In this document: positions 1 through 9,161 of the stretch, piece after piece
How the letters are laid out: every line of letters starts with the position of its first letter
How positions within the stretch are numbered: the first letter of the stretch is position 1
Assembly (NCBI GenBank): GCA_963691875.1
Contig: OY829846.1
Location: forward strand, 3,744,001-3,808,000
Length of the DNA: 64,000 bases
DNA from: Aureliella sp.
GTDB lineage: Bacteria > Planctomycetota > Planctomycetia > Pirellulales > Pirellulaceae
Direction: 5' to 3'
Program-made: the position numbers and the translations under genes
Notes under the pieces: generated by a model
Databases searched by the model: none
What the model was told of the DNA's origin: nothing
What the model saw: only the letters and a program-made list of their open reading frames with translations

Positions 1-2
1 TC

Positions 3-590
3 TACCAAAAGAGTGCCGCCGCCTTCCGCTGGGTACATATTTATGTGTCCATGCTCAGCTTCGCCTCGTTGATGTTTTTTGCGTTCACGGGGATAACGCT
101 GAACCATCCCACTTGGCTGGGTGGCAGCGATCAGGTCATACGAGATGAGTCCGGTGAGCTGCCTGGACATTTGAAGAAGGCGCTGAGCGTCGAGCCGCTC
201 GACGAGCTGGGGATCGCCGAGTGGCTTCGAGCTGAGCATCGTTTAAAGGGCTATGTCGCCGAGTTTACCGATGATGAATTCGAGCTCATGGTCGTCTACA
301 AGGGGCCGGGCTACTCGGCGGATGTGTTTGTCACGAGAGATACGGGTGAGTACATGCTCACCAAGTCAGAGTCGAGCTTCATTGCCGTGCTAAATGATCT
401 TCACAAGGGTCGCGATAGCGGTCCAGGGTGGGCGATCCTGATCGATGTGTCAGCCATCGTGATGATGGTGATGTCGGTATCTGGGTTTGGCTTGTTGCTA
501 TACCTGAAACGCCGCAGATTCATAGGTTTGATAGTCGCAGCGATCGGGACGATCGCAATGCTCACCGCTTGGTTGTTATTTGTTAGTTGA
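3..590 (+). CDS. PepSY-associated TM helix protein (5' truncated by window edge)
   Basis: Frame open from position 3 (YQKSAAAFRWVHIYVSMLSF...FTGITLNHP); C-terminal LNDLHKGR...W..LID..A...SG..L pattern with TM helices, typical of PepSY-like iron-regulated membrane proteins. Confidence 0.85.
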   Translation, partial: YQKSAAAFRWVHIYVSMLSFASLMFFAFTGITLNHPTWLGGSDQVIRDESGELPGHLKKALSVEPLDELGIAEWLRAEHRLKGYVAEFTDDEFELMVVYKGPGYSADVFVTRDTGEYMLTKSESSFIAVLNDLHKGRDSGPGWAILIDVSAIVMMVMSVSGFGLLLYLKRRRFIGLIVAAIGTIAMLTAWLLFVS

Positions 591-603
591 TGTTAGGAAC
601 GGG

Positions 604-882
604 ATGTTGGGTTCAGTTTTAGAAGAGAAGAGTACCAAAGTGGAAGAAGTGGTCGTCAAACAACTGCGACTCGCTGCCGAAGAGTGCAGCAACGAGCTCA
701 GAGCTTGGTGCGAAGCGGAGCTGCAGGTAGTCTCCGGCGAGTGTTTCCTGATCCTTGAAGACAGGCAAATGCACTTGTGCGAGGGCGCAGTCGTTAAGCT
801 TCCAAAGTATGAGCCTCATCACATCCAAGCTATCGATGGTGAAGTTGAGCTAGAAGTCTTATTGAGGACGCAAAATGTCTGA
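604..882 (+). CDS. small cupin-fold protein
   Basis: LQVVSGE...L.EG.VV.LP..EPHHIQA cupin-like pattern; AGGA just upstream of ATG 604 (alternative TTG 580); overlaps hemP start. Confidence 0.55.
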   Translation: MLGSVLEEKSTKVEEVVVKQLRLAAEECSNELRAWCEAELQVVSGECFLILEDRQMHLCEGAVVKLPKYEPHHIQAIDGEVELEVLLRTQNV

Positions 883-1072
883 GCCTGATCCAGAAAGGAA
901 ACAGGACATTTCCGAAAAGGCGGTTCATCCCATTCGCATTGATAAGCGAGGGATGTTCGTTTTCCAATTCGATGACCTTTGTAAAGAACAACCCGCGATT
1001 CTGCTTGAACAAGACGGCATTTTGTACGAGCTGAGGAAAACTCGAAATGGGAAGCTGGTGCTGAGTCGTTAG
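875..1072 (+). CDS. hemP: hemin uptake protein HemP family
   Basis: C-terminal YELRKTRNGKLVL matches HemP YxLRxTRxGKLIL signature; 65 aa. Confidence 0.85.
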   Translation: MSEPDPERKQDISEKAVHPIRIDKRGMFVFQFDDLCKEQPAILLEQDGILYELRKTRNGKLVLSR

Positions 1073-1136
1073 GCAAGACGCGACAAAGAACCCAACTGGT
1101 CGAGTTGAGCCGATGTCTAGATTTATGAGCAACCAC

Positions 1137-1195
1137 AGCCCGAAGCGTCAGCGAGGACAAGCTGTTTTGTTCGCCTCGTTTGCGACTTCGGGGTT
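1137..1195. repeat. REP-like intergenic palindrome
   Basis: Arms AGCCCGAAGCGTCAGCGAGG / CCTCGTTTGCGACTTCGGGGTT; related element at 32262-32320. Confidence 0.6.
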
Positions 1196-1286
1196 TTGAA
1201 GAGCCCGCAACTCGGGCCATGTTGATTGTGCGAGGGAAGTTTGTTTTCGGACACACACTCTGCAGATCGCCTTAGGAAGAACCGCA

Positions 1287-2033
1287 ATGCAAAAAGAGAG
1301 TACCGTTGAGTCGGAACGAATAGAGCTATTGAGCAACGTTGCCGTACTGATATGCACCAACCGCTGGGATGTAGCTCTGCAAGTCATGGTTGGCATCACC
1401 CAAGAGCGCCCTGACTCAGGACCCGCCTGGGAGTTGCGAGGGTTGCTCGAATCGCATTTGGGATTTGTTTCTGCAGCGGTTTCATCGCTCGAGCAAGCGT
1501 CGCTGTTGGTTCCTTTGCAGCCACTTGCATCCCGTTGCCTGGCTCTGGATTACATAAGCCAGGATAGGCATCGCCTAGGCGTCGAGTTACTGGTTTCGCT
1601 GGCGCGAGCACAGCAAGATCCATACTTTGTCAGACGAATCAACTACGATCTGCTTAAGCTATCGGAGTACCAAGCTTCGCATCAAATGTTGACAGAGTCG
1701 CTGGCATGTGTCGACAGTGCGTTGTTGTGGCACGAACTGAGTGCGACTTTGTCGAAACTCAATCGTCCAGCGGAAGAATCCTTGTCCGCAGCAATGCGAG
1801 CTATCTCTCTATCGCCAGACTTTGCGAGTTATCGGGTCACTGCCGCTAGTTTGTTAGTGACCATGAACGAAGCCGATGATGCTTTCTATCTTGTGCGAGA
1901 TCTCTCGGCCAAGCAGATCCAAGAGCTCGATTGCTCATGCTGCCTATGGCGTCTCATTCATATCTACAACTGTTTCGATAGCGATGAACGAGTCCGTCTT
2001 TGCTACTCTCGGCTACACGAATTGAGCCTTTAG
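1287..2033 (+). CDS. tetratricopeptide repeat protein
   Basis: TPR-like helices (PDSGPAWELRG, AISLSPDFASYR); C-terminal CSCC motif. Confidence 0.7.
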   Translation: MQKESTVESERIELLSNVAVLICTNRWDVALQVMVGITQERPDSGPAWELRGLLESHLGFVSAAVSSLEQASLLVPLQPLASRCLALDYISQDRHRLGVELLVSLARAQQDPYFVRRINYDLLKLSEYQASHQMLTESLACVDSALLWHELSATLSKLNRPAEESLSAAMRAISLSPDFASYRVTAASLLVTMNEADDAFYLVRDLSAKQIQELDCSCCLWRLIHIYNCFDSDERVRLCYSRLHELSL

Positions 2034-2242
2034 ATTGTCGCTGAAAGCATCTTTGCTGCGAAAATTCGGCACGATCCGATTACATCACGAAAAGTTTAGC
2101 CAATAGCCGTAGCAATGAATCGCGGCGGCAAAGATAATTGTCGCGATCTGCTGATGGGCTTTATCCTCAGCATCTTGCTAAACCTCGCAACGCAGCCTCC
2201 TATTAGCAGCTGCGAATCGCAACTATTCGTGGGAAGAATGCA

Positions 2243-3238
2243 ATGTCGCGCCTTGTCTGCAACCTAGCTTTTATCAGTATCGTGCTTGGTACCGTGATGC
2301 CGATCGCACAAGCCCAAGAGGCTCGAAGCTACGCTCCGCTTCCATTCGAGATCACGAGCTTTGGCGCGGCTCGCGTTAGTGATCACATCTTCACTTACGG
2401 TGGTCACACTGGAGCGGCTCACTCTTACTCGACAGAAGAGCAGTCCAATCAGCTGCAGGCGCTCGACCTCACTGATCCCGAAGCCAAATGGGAGAAGATC
2501 GCCGAAGGCAAACGGCTTCAGGGGCTCGCGATGGTGCCTCACGGCAACAAACTGATTATCCTCGGCGGTTTTTCTGCACTTAACAAGAGCGGCGACGAGC
2601 ACGATTTGCACTCGCAAACATCGGTTACTGCCTATTCGTTAGCCCAAAAGAAGTGGCGCGATCTACCGGCCTTGCCAGAAGGTCGATCCAGTCACGATGC
2701 GGCGATTCTAGAGGGCACCATCTATGCAGTTGGTGGTTGGACGATGGCTGGAGAGAAAGACACCGTATGGCATACGACAGCTTTGAAGCTCAACTTGAAT
2801 GACATCGAAGCTGGTTGGCAAGAGATCGCTAAGCCGCCTTTTCAGCGCCGAGCCCTCGCCGTTGTGGCTCACGCGGGAAAGATCTACGTGCTCGGTGGCA
2901 TGGACAAGAAGGGCGGCCCGACAAAAGAAGTTCAGGTCTACGATCCCAAGTCCGATTCTTGGTCTAAAGGACCACAATTGGCTGGTGATGGACGTATGGC
3001 TGGCTTCGGCGCGGCGGGTTGGAGCGTTGGAGGAAAGTTGATCGCCAACACTTACGAAGGCAAGCTCTTGCAACTCGCGGATGACGGCAAGACCTGGGAA
3101 GACCTTGGTACAACCGAAGAGAGCCGCTTCTTCCATCGTCTGGTTCCGCTAACTAACTCAAGTTTGATCTCGCTCGGTGGAGCTAACATGGAGATCGGCA
3201 AGTTCTTAAATCTAGAAGTGATTAAGCTGGAGCAGTAG
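2243..3238 (+). CDS. secreted Kelch-repeat beta-propeller protein
   Basis: Signal peptide ending AQA; repeated IYxxGG...W Kelch motifs. Confidence 0.9.
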   Translation: MSRLVCNLAFISIVLGTVMPIAQAQEARSYAPLPFEITSFGAARVSDHIFTYGGHTGAAHSYSTEEQSNQLQALDLTDPEAKWEKIAEGKRLQGLAMVPHGNKLIILGGFSALNKSGDEHDLHSQTSVTAYSLAQKKWRDLPALPEGRSSHDAAILEGTIYAVGGWTMAGEKDTVWHTTALKLNLNDIEAGWQEIAKPPFQRRALAVVAHAGKIYVLGGMDKKGGPTKEVQVYDPKSDSWSKGPQLAGDGRMAGFGAAGWSVGGKLIANTYEGKLLQLADDGKTWEDLGTTEESRFFHRLVPLTNSSLISLGGANMEIGKFLNLEVIKLEQ

Positions 3239-3277
3239 GCTGCATAGCGAGCTCTCGGCGGCAACATAAGACAGAAA

Positions 3278-3344
3278 AACCGTCGTGTGCAACCCAACTT
3301 CTCTGCTCTACTAAGCAGGTCAGTAGTATTGCACACAACGGGTT
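3278..3344. terminator. inverted repeat between convergent genes, putative terminator
   Basis: AACCGTCGTGTGCAA ... TTGCACACAACGGGTT between Kelch and haloperoxidase stops. Confidence 0.45.
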
Positions 3345-5477
3345 CTACACCTCTGTAAAAAACGGAGTAATTGCCTCCCAGTACTCAGTCAGGTCTTCGG
3401 GCAACTGGTTGCTTCCGGGATCGTCATCGCCTTCTGGTGAATCTGTCCTCGGCCCATCGTCACGGAGGCCACGCTCCTCACGGCGAGCATGGTCACGAGC
3501 GAGCATGTCCAAGGCCGAATCGTTCGGCGAAAGCCTGCCATCCATCCTGCGGTCGACATCTTCCTGCATAATCTGATCAACAGCTAGCTGATCATAGCGG
3601 AGCCTGCCGCCGCCATCATCCACGCCTGGTCTCGATGCGAACGCGGATAGATCGAAGCCTGCCAACTGATTAGCCCGCGGATCACGAGGACGATCATCGC
3701 CCGGTCCTTGACCGCCTGACCCGGGGCCATTCGAGTTTTCTCCGTTGTTTGGCCTGGAAACGACAAACTCAGAAGCGACCGACGATGCAACAGCTTGGCC
3801 AACCTCTTGGCCGACGAGGTCATCGAAATCGAAGTGAATCCCAAGGAACACGCGGCTGCGCCCGTTCTCAGCCATGGCTTCAGTCAACGAAGCGAAGGAA
3901 CGAGTTGTGTCTTCCAAGTCGAGACCGTAGGCGGACTCAAGCTCTGGATTATTGGCAATGATCTCCAATTCACGCGACGTCAAGTCAAAGGCGATGTCAT
4001 CCGTCCCATAGAAGTCACGAACTGCGCCGAAGAGTGCTCCGCCAAAGGTAGCGTGACCTGAAATATAGGTCGGGAACTGTGGAGTAAACCCAACAATGTC
4101 ATCGCCTCCGTCCGGTGCTCCAATCGCAGTCCATTCGGCATCGCCTTCCGTCAAAGGATTGCCATCCTCGTCACCTTGGTGGATCGCCGTGACGGGCCGC
4201 CAGAGCTGCTCGCCGAACTTGGACTGCCAAGCAACGATGCCAGCGTCTGCCATCGCAACAGAGGCCTGCGCGAATAGCACCGCGTTTTCGTGGAAGCTGT
4301 TTTCTTCTTGCTGGGCGATCGTTTCCAATACATCACCGAACAAAGCCATCGGTGTTCCTAGCCCAATTCGGTCATAGGCCCAGAAAATTCCTGCTTCCAA
4401 CTCGTCAGCTGTTCGAGTGGCGCTATCAACGGAGCCTAACTCTTTGACTTCGTTATACGATTCGGCGTACTCAGCCGTCGTGATATCCGGTGGACTGTCT
4501 GGCACGTATTCGGCTGCTGCTGAAATCGAGAATGGATCGACCTTACCCCAAGCTGGTCCCCAGACTGGAACATCTGGGTTCAGCGGATCGGGCTGGAAGT
4601 ATCCTGCGTCATCGTAGTAGGTGTAGTCGCCGATTTCCTCCGAACCATCGTCGGCTCGGGCTGCTAGAATCTGGCTTCCGATTTCATTGCCTAGTTCGAT
4701 GCTATCCGCCGTTACGGGTGAGCGCTGGAAACGATCGAAGAATCCCTGACGGAAAGAATCAATCATTTCCTGCTGGTCTGAGTACAGAGAACTCAGCACC
4801 GAATAGGCAGCCTGAGAAGCCGCTATTTCTGGCCGCACTTTCGCATCAAGATTCACCTCTGGGCCGTATTTATAGAAAGTATCTTCCGAGTTGCCCGAGG
4901 CCAGCGTGACGGCGTCGTAGATCGCCAGATTCAGAATGGCCATCGCTCGAGAAGCATAACCTGGATTCTGATCGATCTCATTGGCAACGAGTAGCTCACC
5001 GAACAAGTCATTCCATTCAATAACCGCGTGTGTATGCTGCCGCATTTCGCCGTCGTCGGGACGATCATTCATGGGACGGTCGTCACCAGGGCGGCCCGCA
5101 CGGTCAGCGTCTGGATTCTCGTTGGCTAGGTCGTCTCCATTGGCTGCTCTATTCAGTCGATTCATCACGAGCAGTGCATCCAAAGCAGTCTCGTGGCCAT
5201 CGTTATTGACGTCTGTCCTTCGACCTGGACCGCGATTGTCCTCCGATTCACCTCGGCTACGACGATTGAGATTGTCGATCAAGACAAACGCATCTGCGGG
5301 TGAGACAAAACCGTCTTCGGTGACATCCTCGGGCATGAAATCATTATGGAAGAGGTTTCCGGCAAGCAATTGGCGATTCTCCAACTGCTCAGTTCGGAGT
5401 TGGCGTTTCTGAGAAGTCCGTCTCGTTCTCTTTGCAGATTGGAGACGCCTGATACGACGATTACGTGACTGGGACAT
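3345..5477 (-). CDS. vanadium-dependent haloperoxidase / PAP2-superfamily protein with planctomycete extracellular motif and dockerin-like repeats
   Basis: K......RP, SGH (PTYISGHATF), R....H (RVFLGIHF) motifs; basic N-terminus then EQLENRQLLAG; DVTEDG..S..DA / DVNNDG..T..DA repeats; ATG 5477 preferred over GTG 5534. Confidence 0.8.
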   Translation of the reverse strand: MSQSRNRRIRRLQSAKRTRRTSQKRQLRTEQLENRQLLAGNLFHNDFMPEDVTEDGFVSPADAFVLIDNLNRRSRGESEDNRGPGRRTDVNNDGHETALDALLVMNRLNRAANGDDLANENPDADRAGRPGDDRPMNDRPDDGEMRQHTHAVIEWNDLFGELLVANEIDQNPGYASRAMAILNLAIYDAVTLASGNSEDTFYKYGPEVNLDAKVRPEIAASQAAYSVLSSLYSDQQEMIDSFRQGFFDRFQRSPVTADSIELGNEIGSQILAARADDGSEEIGDYTYYDDAGYFQPDPLNPDVPVWGPAWGKVDPFSISAAAEYVPDSPPDITTAEYAESYNEVKELGSVDSATRTADELEAGIFWAYDRIGLGTPMALFGDVLETIAQQEENSFHENAVLFAQASVAMADAGIVAWQSKFGEQLWRPVTAIHQGDEDGNPLTEGDAEWTAIGAPDGGDDIVGFTPQFPTYISGHATFGGALFGAVRDFYGTDDIAFDLTSRELEIIANNPELESAYGLDLEDTTRSFASLTEAMAENGRSRVFLGIHFDFDDLVGQEVGQAVASSVASEFVVSRPNNGENSNGPGSGGQGPGDDRPRDPRANQLAGFDLSAFASRPGVDDGGGRLRYDQLAVDQIMQEDVDRRMDGRLSPNDSALDMLARDHARREERGLRDDGPRTDSPEGDDDPGSNQLPEDLTEYWEAITPFFTEV

Positions 5478-5966
5478 AGCACACCTCAGCGCTGACGAGA
5501 AAAGAAGAGAAGAGAGAAGTGTGGAGTCACTCACACTACCCTACCACAAAAGTTCCGAAACAAATCCTGTTTGTCGCCCAGAAATCGCGAAAAAAACGAA
5601 TACTAAAAAGATCAGAAAACCAACCATTTTCGGTGGCGCGGTTCTCTGAGATGTCCCCTTCGAGGAAAAGGCCTTGGTATGAAACCTGCCGAATGCACAT
5701 CGCAAGAATGACGCAGCAAGCGTTTCAGCAACTCGTAGATCTGGAGGCTGACGCTTTAGATAGAAAGAGCAAATAGATGGATAGGATTTGCAAGTCGGTA
5801 GCGATGCGTCCGAAGCGCACACTGATATGTGAGCAAATTAACAGGTATTGGGATTCGCCAGAATCCCTCTGATGGTTTTCTTTTGCTCTGAAAAAGCCCA
5901 GACTTCGCCTAGCGATCGGTAGCATATGCCGACGGGGCCCGTAACCTCGCCCACTAAGAGAGAGTA

Positions 5967-6650
5967 CTACTGCTTGCAGTAGCTCAACGCGAGCAGGCTG
6001 AAGGTGGTGGCGAGGTTGGGATCGCTTTCCATCCAGCGTTCGTTGGAGTTGGTCCACGAGCCATCTTTGCCTTGGAGCTTAGCCAGGTGTTCGACGAGCT
6101 CTTCCCGCCAATTGTGCTCCACGCCATTTTCGTCCTTAAGCGTGTCGATTCCAGCAGTGCTAAGTGACTTGGCGAACAGGTGATAGTAATAGTAAAGCCC
6201 CGCGTCGCCCAAGCCGGGATTCTCGGTGACGGTGTAATGGTCGCGAATCCACGTGAGTGCAGCAGCGACTCGCGGATCATCCTCTTTCAGACCTGCATGC
6301 AACATGCTCTTGAATCCAGCGTAAGTCATGGACCCGTAACTTCGTAGGCCGCCCTCATCCGTCTGGCCGGCAGCGGAACTGCTCTCGGTGATGTTGTAGT
6401 AGAAACCACCATCGTTCACCTTGGCCGCATCTTTGGTGGTATTGTGAGCTGACTCCAAGTTCTGGCATCGCGAGACAAACGTCAGTGCTGCCTGAATTGC
6501 TTCTTCATGTTCGTCGGAATCCATCGCCTTCAGCGCGTCGATCAAGTAGGCCGTGTTGGAGAGATCTGGACGTGACTTGCCGCCGTAGCCAGCACCACCG
6601 TATTCCAAGTCAGACTCTTCAACACCTTTGGCATCGGTAAACTGCTCGCC
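5967..6650 (-). pseudogene. 3' fragment of the prenyltransferase-repeat gene (direct repeat copy 1)
   Basis: Matches 25255-25938 except for one substitution seen (6531 vs 25819); lacks the 5' ~420 nt including start and signal peptide. Confidence 0.9.
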
Positions 6651-7027
6651 GTTGTGGCTCACGCGGGAAAGATTTAAGTGCTCGGTGGCATGGACAGAAG
6701 GGCGACCCGACAAAAGAAGTTCAGGTCTACGATCCCAAGTCCGATTCTTGGTCTAAAGGACGACAATTGGCTGGTGATGGACATATGGCTGGCTTCGGCG
6801 CGGCAGGTTGGAGCGTTGGAGGAAAGTTGATCGCCAGCACTTACGAAGGCAAGCTCTTGCAGCCAGCTGATGACGGCGAGTCCTGGAAAGATCTTGGTAC
6901 CACGGAGGAAAGTCGCTTTTTCCATCGCCTGGTTCCACTAACTGAAGACAGCCTCATTTCGCTTGGCGGCGCCAACAGGCAAATTGGGAAGTTTCTTGAA
7001 TTGGAAGTGATTGAGGTAGAAGAGTAA
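6645..7027 (+). pseudogene. 3' fragment of a Kelch gene paralogous to 2243-3238
   Basis: Aligns to 2855-3238; TAC>TAA stop near 6675, 1-nt deletion near 6696; no 5' part. Confidence 0.9.
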
Positions 7028-7028
7028 C

Positions 7029-7047
7029 CCTCGACTGGAAGTCGAGG
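7029..7047. terminator. hairpin between convergent Kelch remnant and TMTC-like gene
   Basis: CCTCGACT-GGA-AGTCGAGG. Confidence 0.5.
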
Positions 7048-7049
7048 AA

Positions 7050-9143
7050 TCAAGGCCTTGATCCAGATCCTGACTCTGGCGACTCAATTTCAGTTGGCGG
7101 CTGAAGTGCTTCGCGAACATAGATCGTTTTTTGAGCATACAGTGCTTTCCGATACTCTATGTCATTCGCAAGGTCGTCTTGCTGCAAGCGCATTGCCTGA
7201 TCGATCGCCTTCTTTGCTACCAATGTTGCATCAGCGTACCGTCCGGCGGTAGCCAAAGCCGCGGCCTCAGTGTCTAGAACATACGGCGGAATTGGCTCGG
7301 GTAGCCCCGCCTTCAAAGCATCAATATGTTCCAAGGCTTTTTCGCCATTGCGAACCGTAGGATCAGGGCTAGTTGCTAGAATCCAACTCAACCTGACACG
7401 TGCATCTAGGGACTGTGGATGCAATCGTATTGCTTCCCGGTACGCCGCAACCGCTCCTTCATCATCGCCCACTTTCAACAGGCATTCTCCCAGCTGAAAG
7501 TGCGAAAAAGAGTTGGAAGGCTCGCTCTCGATTGCAGATTCGAATTCCTCAATGGCAGCTTCAGAATTCCCGGCATCCATCAAGAGGCGGCCATAGCTGA
7601 GACGGGCTGGGGCAAATCCTGGATCGAAAGCCAGAACGATATCCAGTTGTTTTCGTCCTTGCTCAGTCTTGCCCGAACGAAGAAGGGCCTCCGCTAGCCC
7701 GTGCCGTACAACGCAGTTATCCAGTCCCAGTTCGATTGCTTTCTCGAATACTGGAGTCGCCTTCGCATACTCCTTGTTCCGCCACAACACGGTCGCGAGA
7801 TTGGCATGGTTACGTGCATTGTGCGGCACGCAGCGGACAGCCGATGCCCATAACCCGATGGGGTTGATGTAGTCTTCGTTGCGCAAAATGGTGCGGCTAG
7901 CCAATCCAATAACAGACACTCCAACGAATAGGATGTACGTTGCTTGACGTACCCGCGGCCTTCCAACCAGCGACGCTAAACGCCCGGCCGTCCAGTAAAC
8001 CGCGAATACGCACAACGTCACCAAGCAGGTCAGAGGCAAATACATCCGGTGCTCAAACGCCAAATCTTTGATCGGCATGATGCTGGACGTTGGTGCCAGG
8101 ATAGTGAAGAAAGCGACGCCGACGAATCCAATTGCCGGTCGGTAGCGTAGTGCAACGAAAGCCGCGATCACTAAAGTCATGATCAGCAACATCGGCGGCA
8201 CGATCTCCCCAGCCGATGCTGCCGGTTGCCAGTCGTAGTCGATGCACAAATCGCTTGGCCAGAACGACAGCCGCAAATAGTGTGTGATCACGCCAAACTG
8301 ACTTAGCGCATAATCCAAAGGCGCGATGCCCTTGTAACCGAATCCGGTTTTCGCTGAGCCTGATGTCGAAGTGAAGTTCCTGTATATCGGTGGTATGAAC
8401 CAATAAAATGGCAGAGCGAACCCGATGGCTAGCCACCATCTCCTGGCAAGAAGTTTACTGATTCCTGCAATACGTTCTGAATATTCTTTCTTGTTCTTCT
8501 CCGCAACGCGCGGGGCCCTGAGAAAAATCCACCAATAGGCGGGGACGACCAAAACGGCCATCGCCATGACTTCCTTGCTTCCCATACCAATGCAGAAAGC
8601 TACCACAGCGAGGCAACTCCACGCGACTTTGCCTCGCGAGCAAGTGGCAAAACGAAGCACACAATACAGGCAAAACAAAAAGCATAGTCCCATCAGGGAC
8701 TCGAGTCGCTGGATGACATAGGTCACCGCTTGTGTGTTCAATGGGTGCACGAGCCAGATTGCTGCGATGGAAAAACCTAGCCAATCTGCGGACTCTTGGA
8801 ATCGATTTTGAAAGTACGTCAGGCGCAGAGTTCTTGATACCAGGCCAAATAATGTGAGTGCTGCGGCTAAATGAACCCCCATATTGAACAAGTGATAGCC
8901 CCAGGGATCGAATCCGCCCCAGTGATAATTCAGCGCCAGCGTGAAGAAACCAAACCAACGATTCCCATGAAACCAATCTGCCGGCCAGAGTTGGCGAATC
9001 TCTGGATTATTAATAATGTTGCCGATGTCATCAAAGACGAAGGATGCATCCAAACTGTTCAAATAAGCGACTTCTCCCAAAATAAGAAGCAAGGCAACTT
9101 GCAGGATCCAACGCAACTTCCAATTCTGCGGCATGTCTGACAT
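7050..9143 (-). CDS. TMTC-like GT-C membrane glycosyltransferase with C-terminal TPRs
   Basis: FVFDD after TM1, HPLNTQAVTY..QR.E, SKE, EHRMYLP motifs; about 10-11 TM segments then TPRs; 18-nt gap after pilC-like gene. Confidence 0.75.
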   Translation of the reverse strand: MSDMPQNWKLRWILQVALLLILGEVAYLNSLDASFVFDDIGNIINNPEIRQLWPADWFHGNRWFGFFTLALNYHWGGFDPWGYHLFNMGVHLAAALTLFGLVSRTLRLTYFQNRFQESADWLGFSIAAIWLVHPLNTQAVTYVIQRLESLMGLCFLFCLYCVLRFATCSRGKVAWSCLAVVAFCIGMGSKEVMAMAVLVVPAYWWIFLRAPRVAEKNKKEYSERIAGISKLLARRWWLAIGFALPFYWFIPPIYRNFTSTSGSAKTGFGYKGIAPLDYALSQFGVITHYLRLSFWPSDLCIDYDWQPAASAGEIVPPMLLIMTLVIAAFVALRYRPAIGFVGVAFFTILAPTSSIMPIKDLAFEHRMYLPLTCLVTLCVFAVYWTAGRLASLVGRPRVRQATYILFVGVSVIGLASRTILRNEDYINPIGLWASAVRCVPHNARNHANLATVLWRNKEYAKATPVFEKAIELGLDNCVVRHGLAEALLRSGKTEQGRKQLDIVLAFDPGFAPARLSYGRLLMDAGNSEAAIEEFESAIESEPSNSFSHFQLGECLLKVGDDEGAVAAYREAIRLHPQSLDARVRLSWILATSPDPTVRNGEKALEHIDALKAGLPEPIPPYVLDTEAAALATAGRYADATLVAKKAIDQAMRLQQDDLANDIEYRKALYAQKTIYVREALQPPTEIESPESGSGSRP

Positions 9144-9161
9144 GTGATTTTGATTCGAAGA

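Noticed and set aside
5967..6713. 248-aa ORF as an intact second prenyltransferase gene
   Set aside because: Its first ~21 codons are the antisense strand of the Kelch remnant across the junction; it lacks the signal peptide and first repeats
6767..7027. 86-aa Kelch ORF as a functional gene
   Set aside because: It is the post-frameshift tail of a pseudogene fragment
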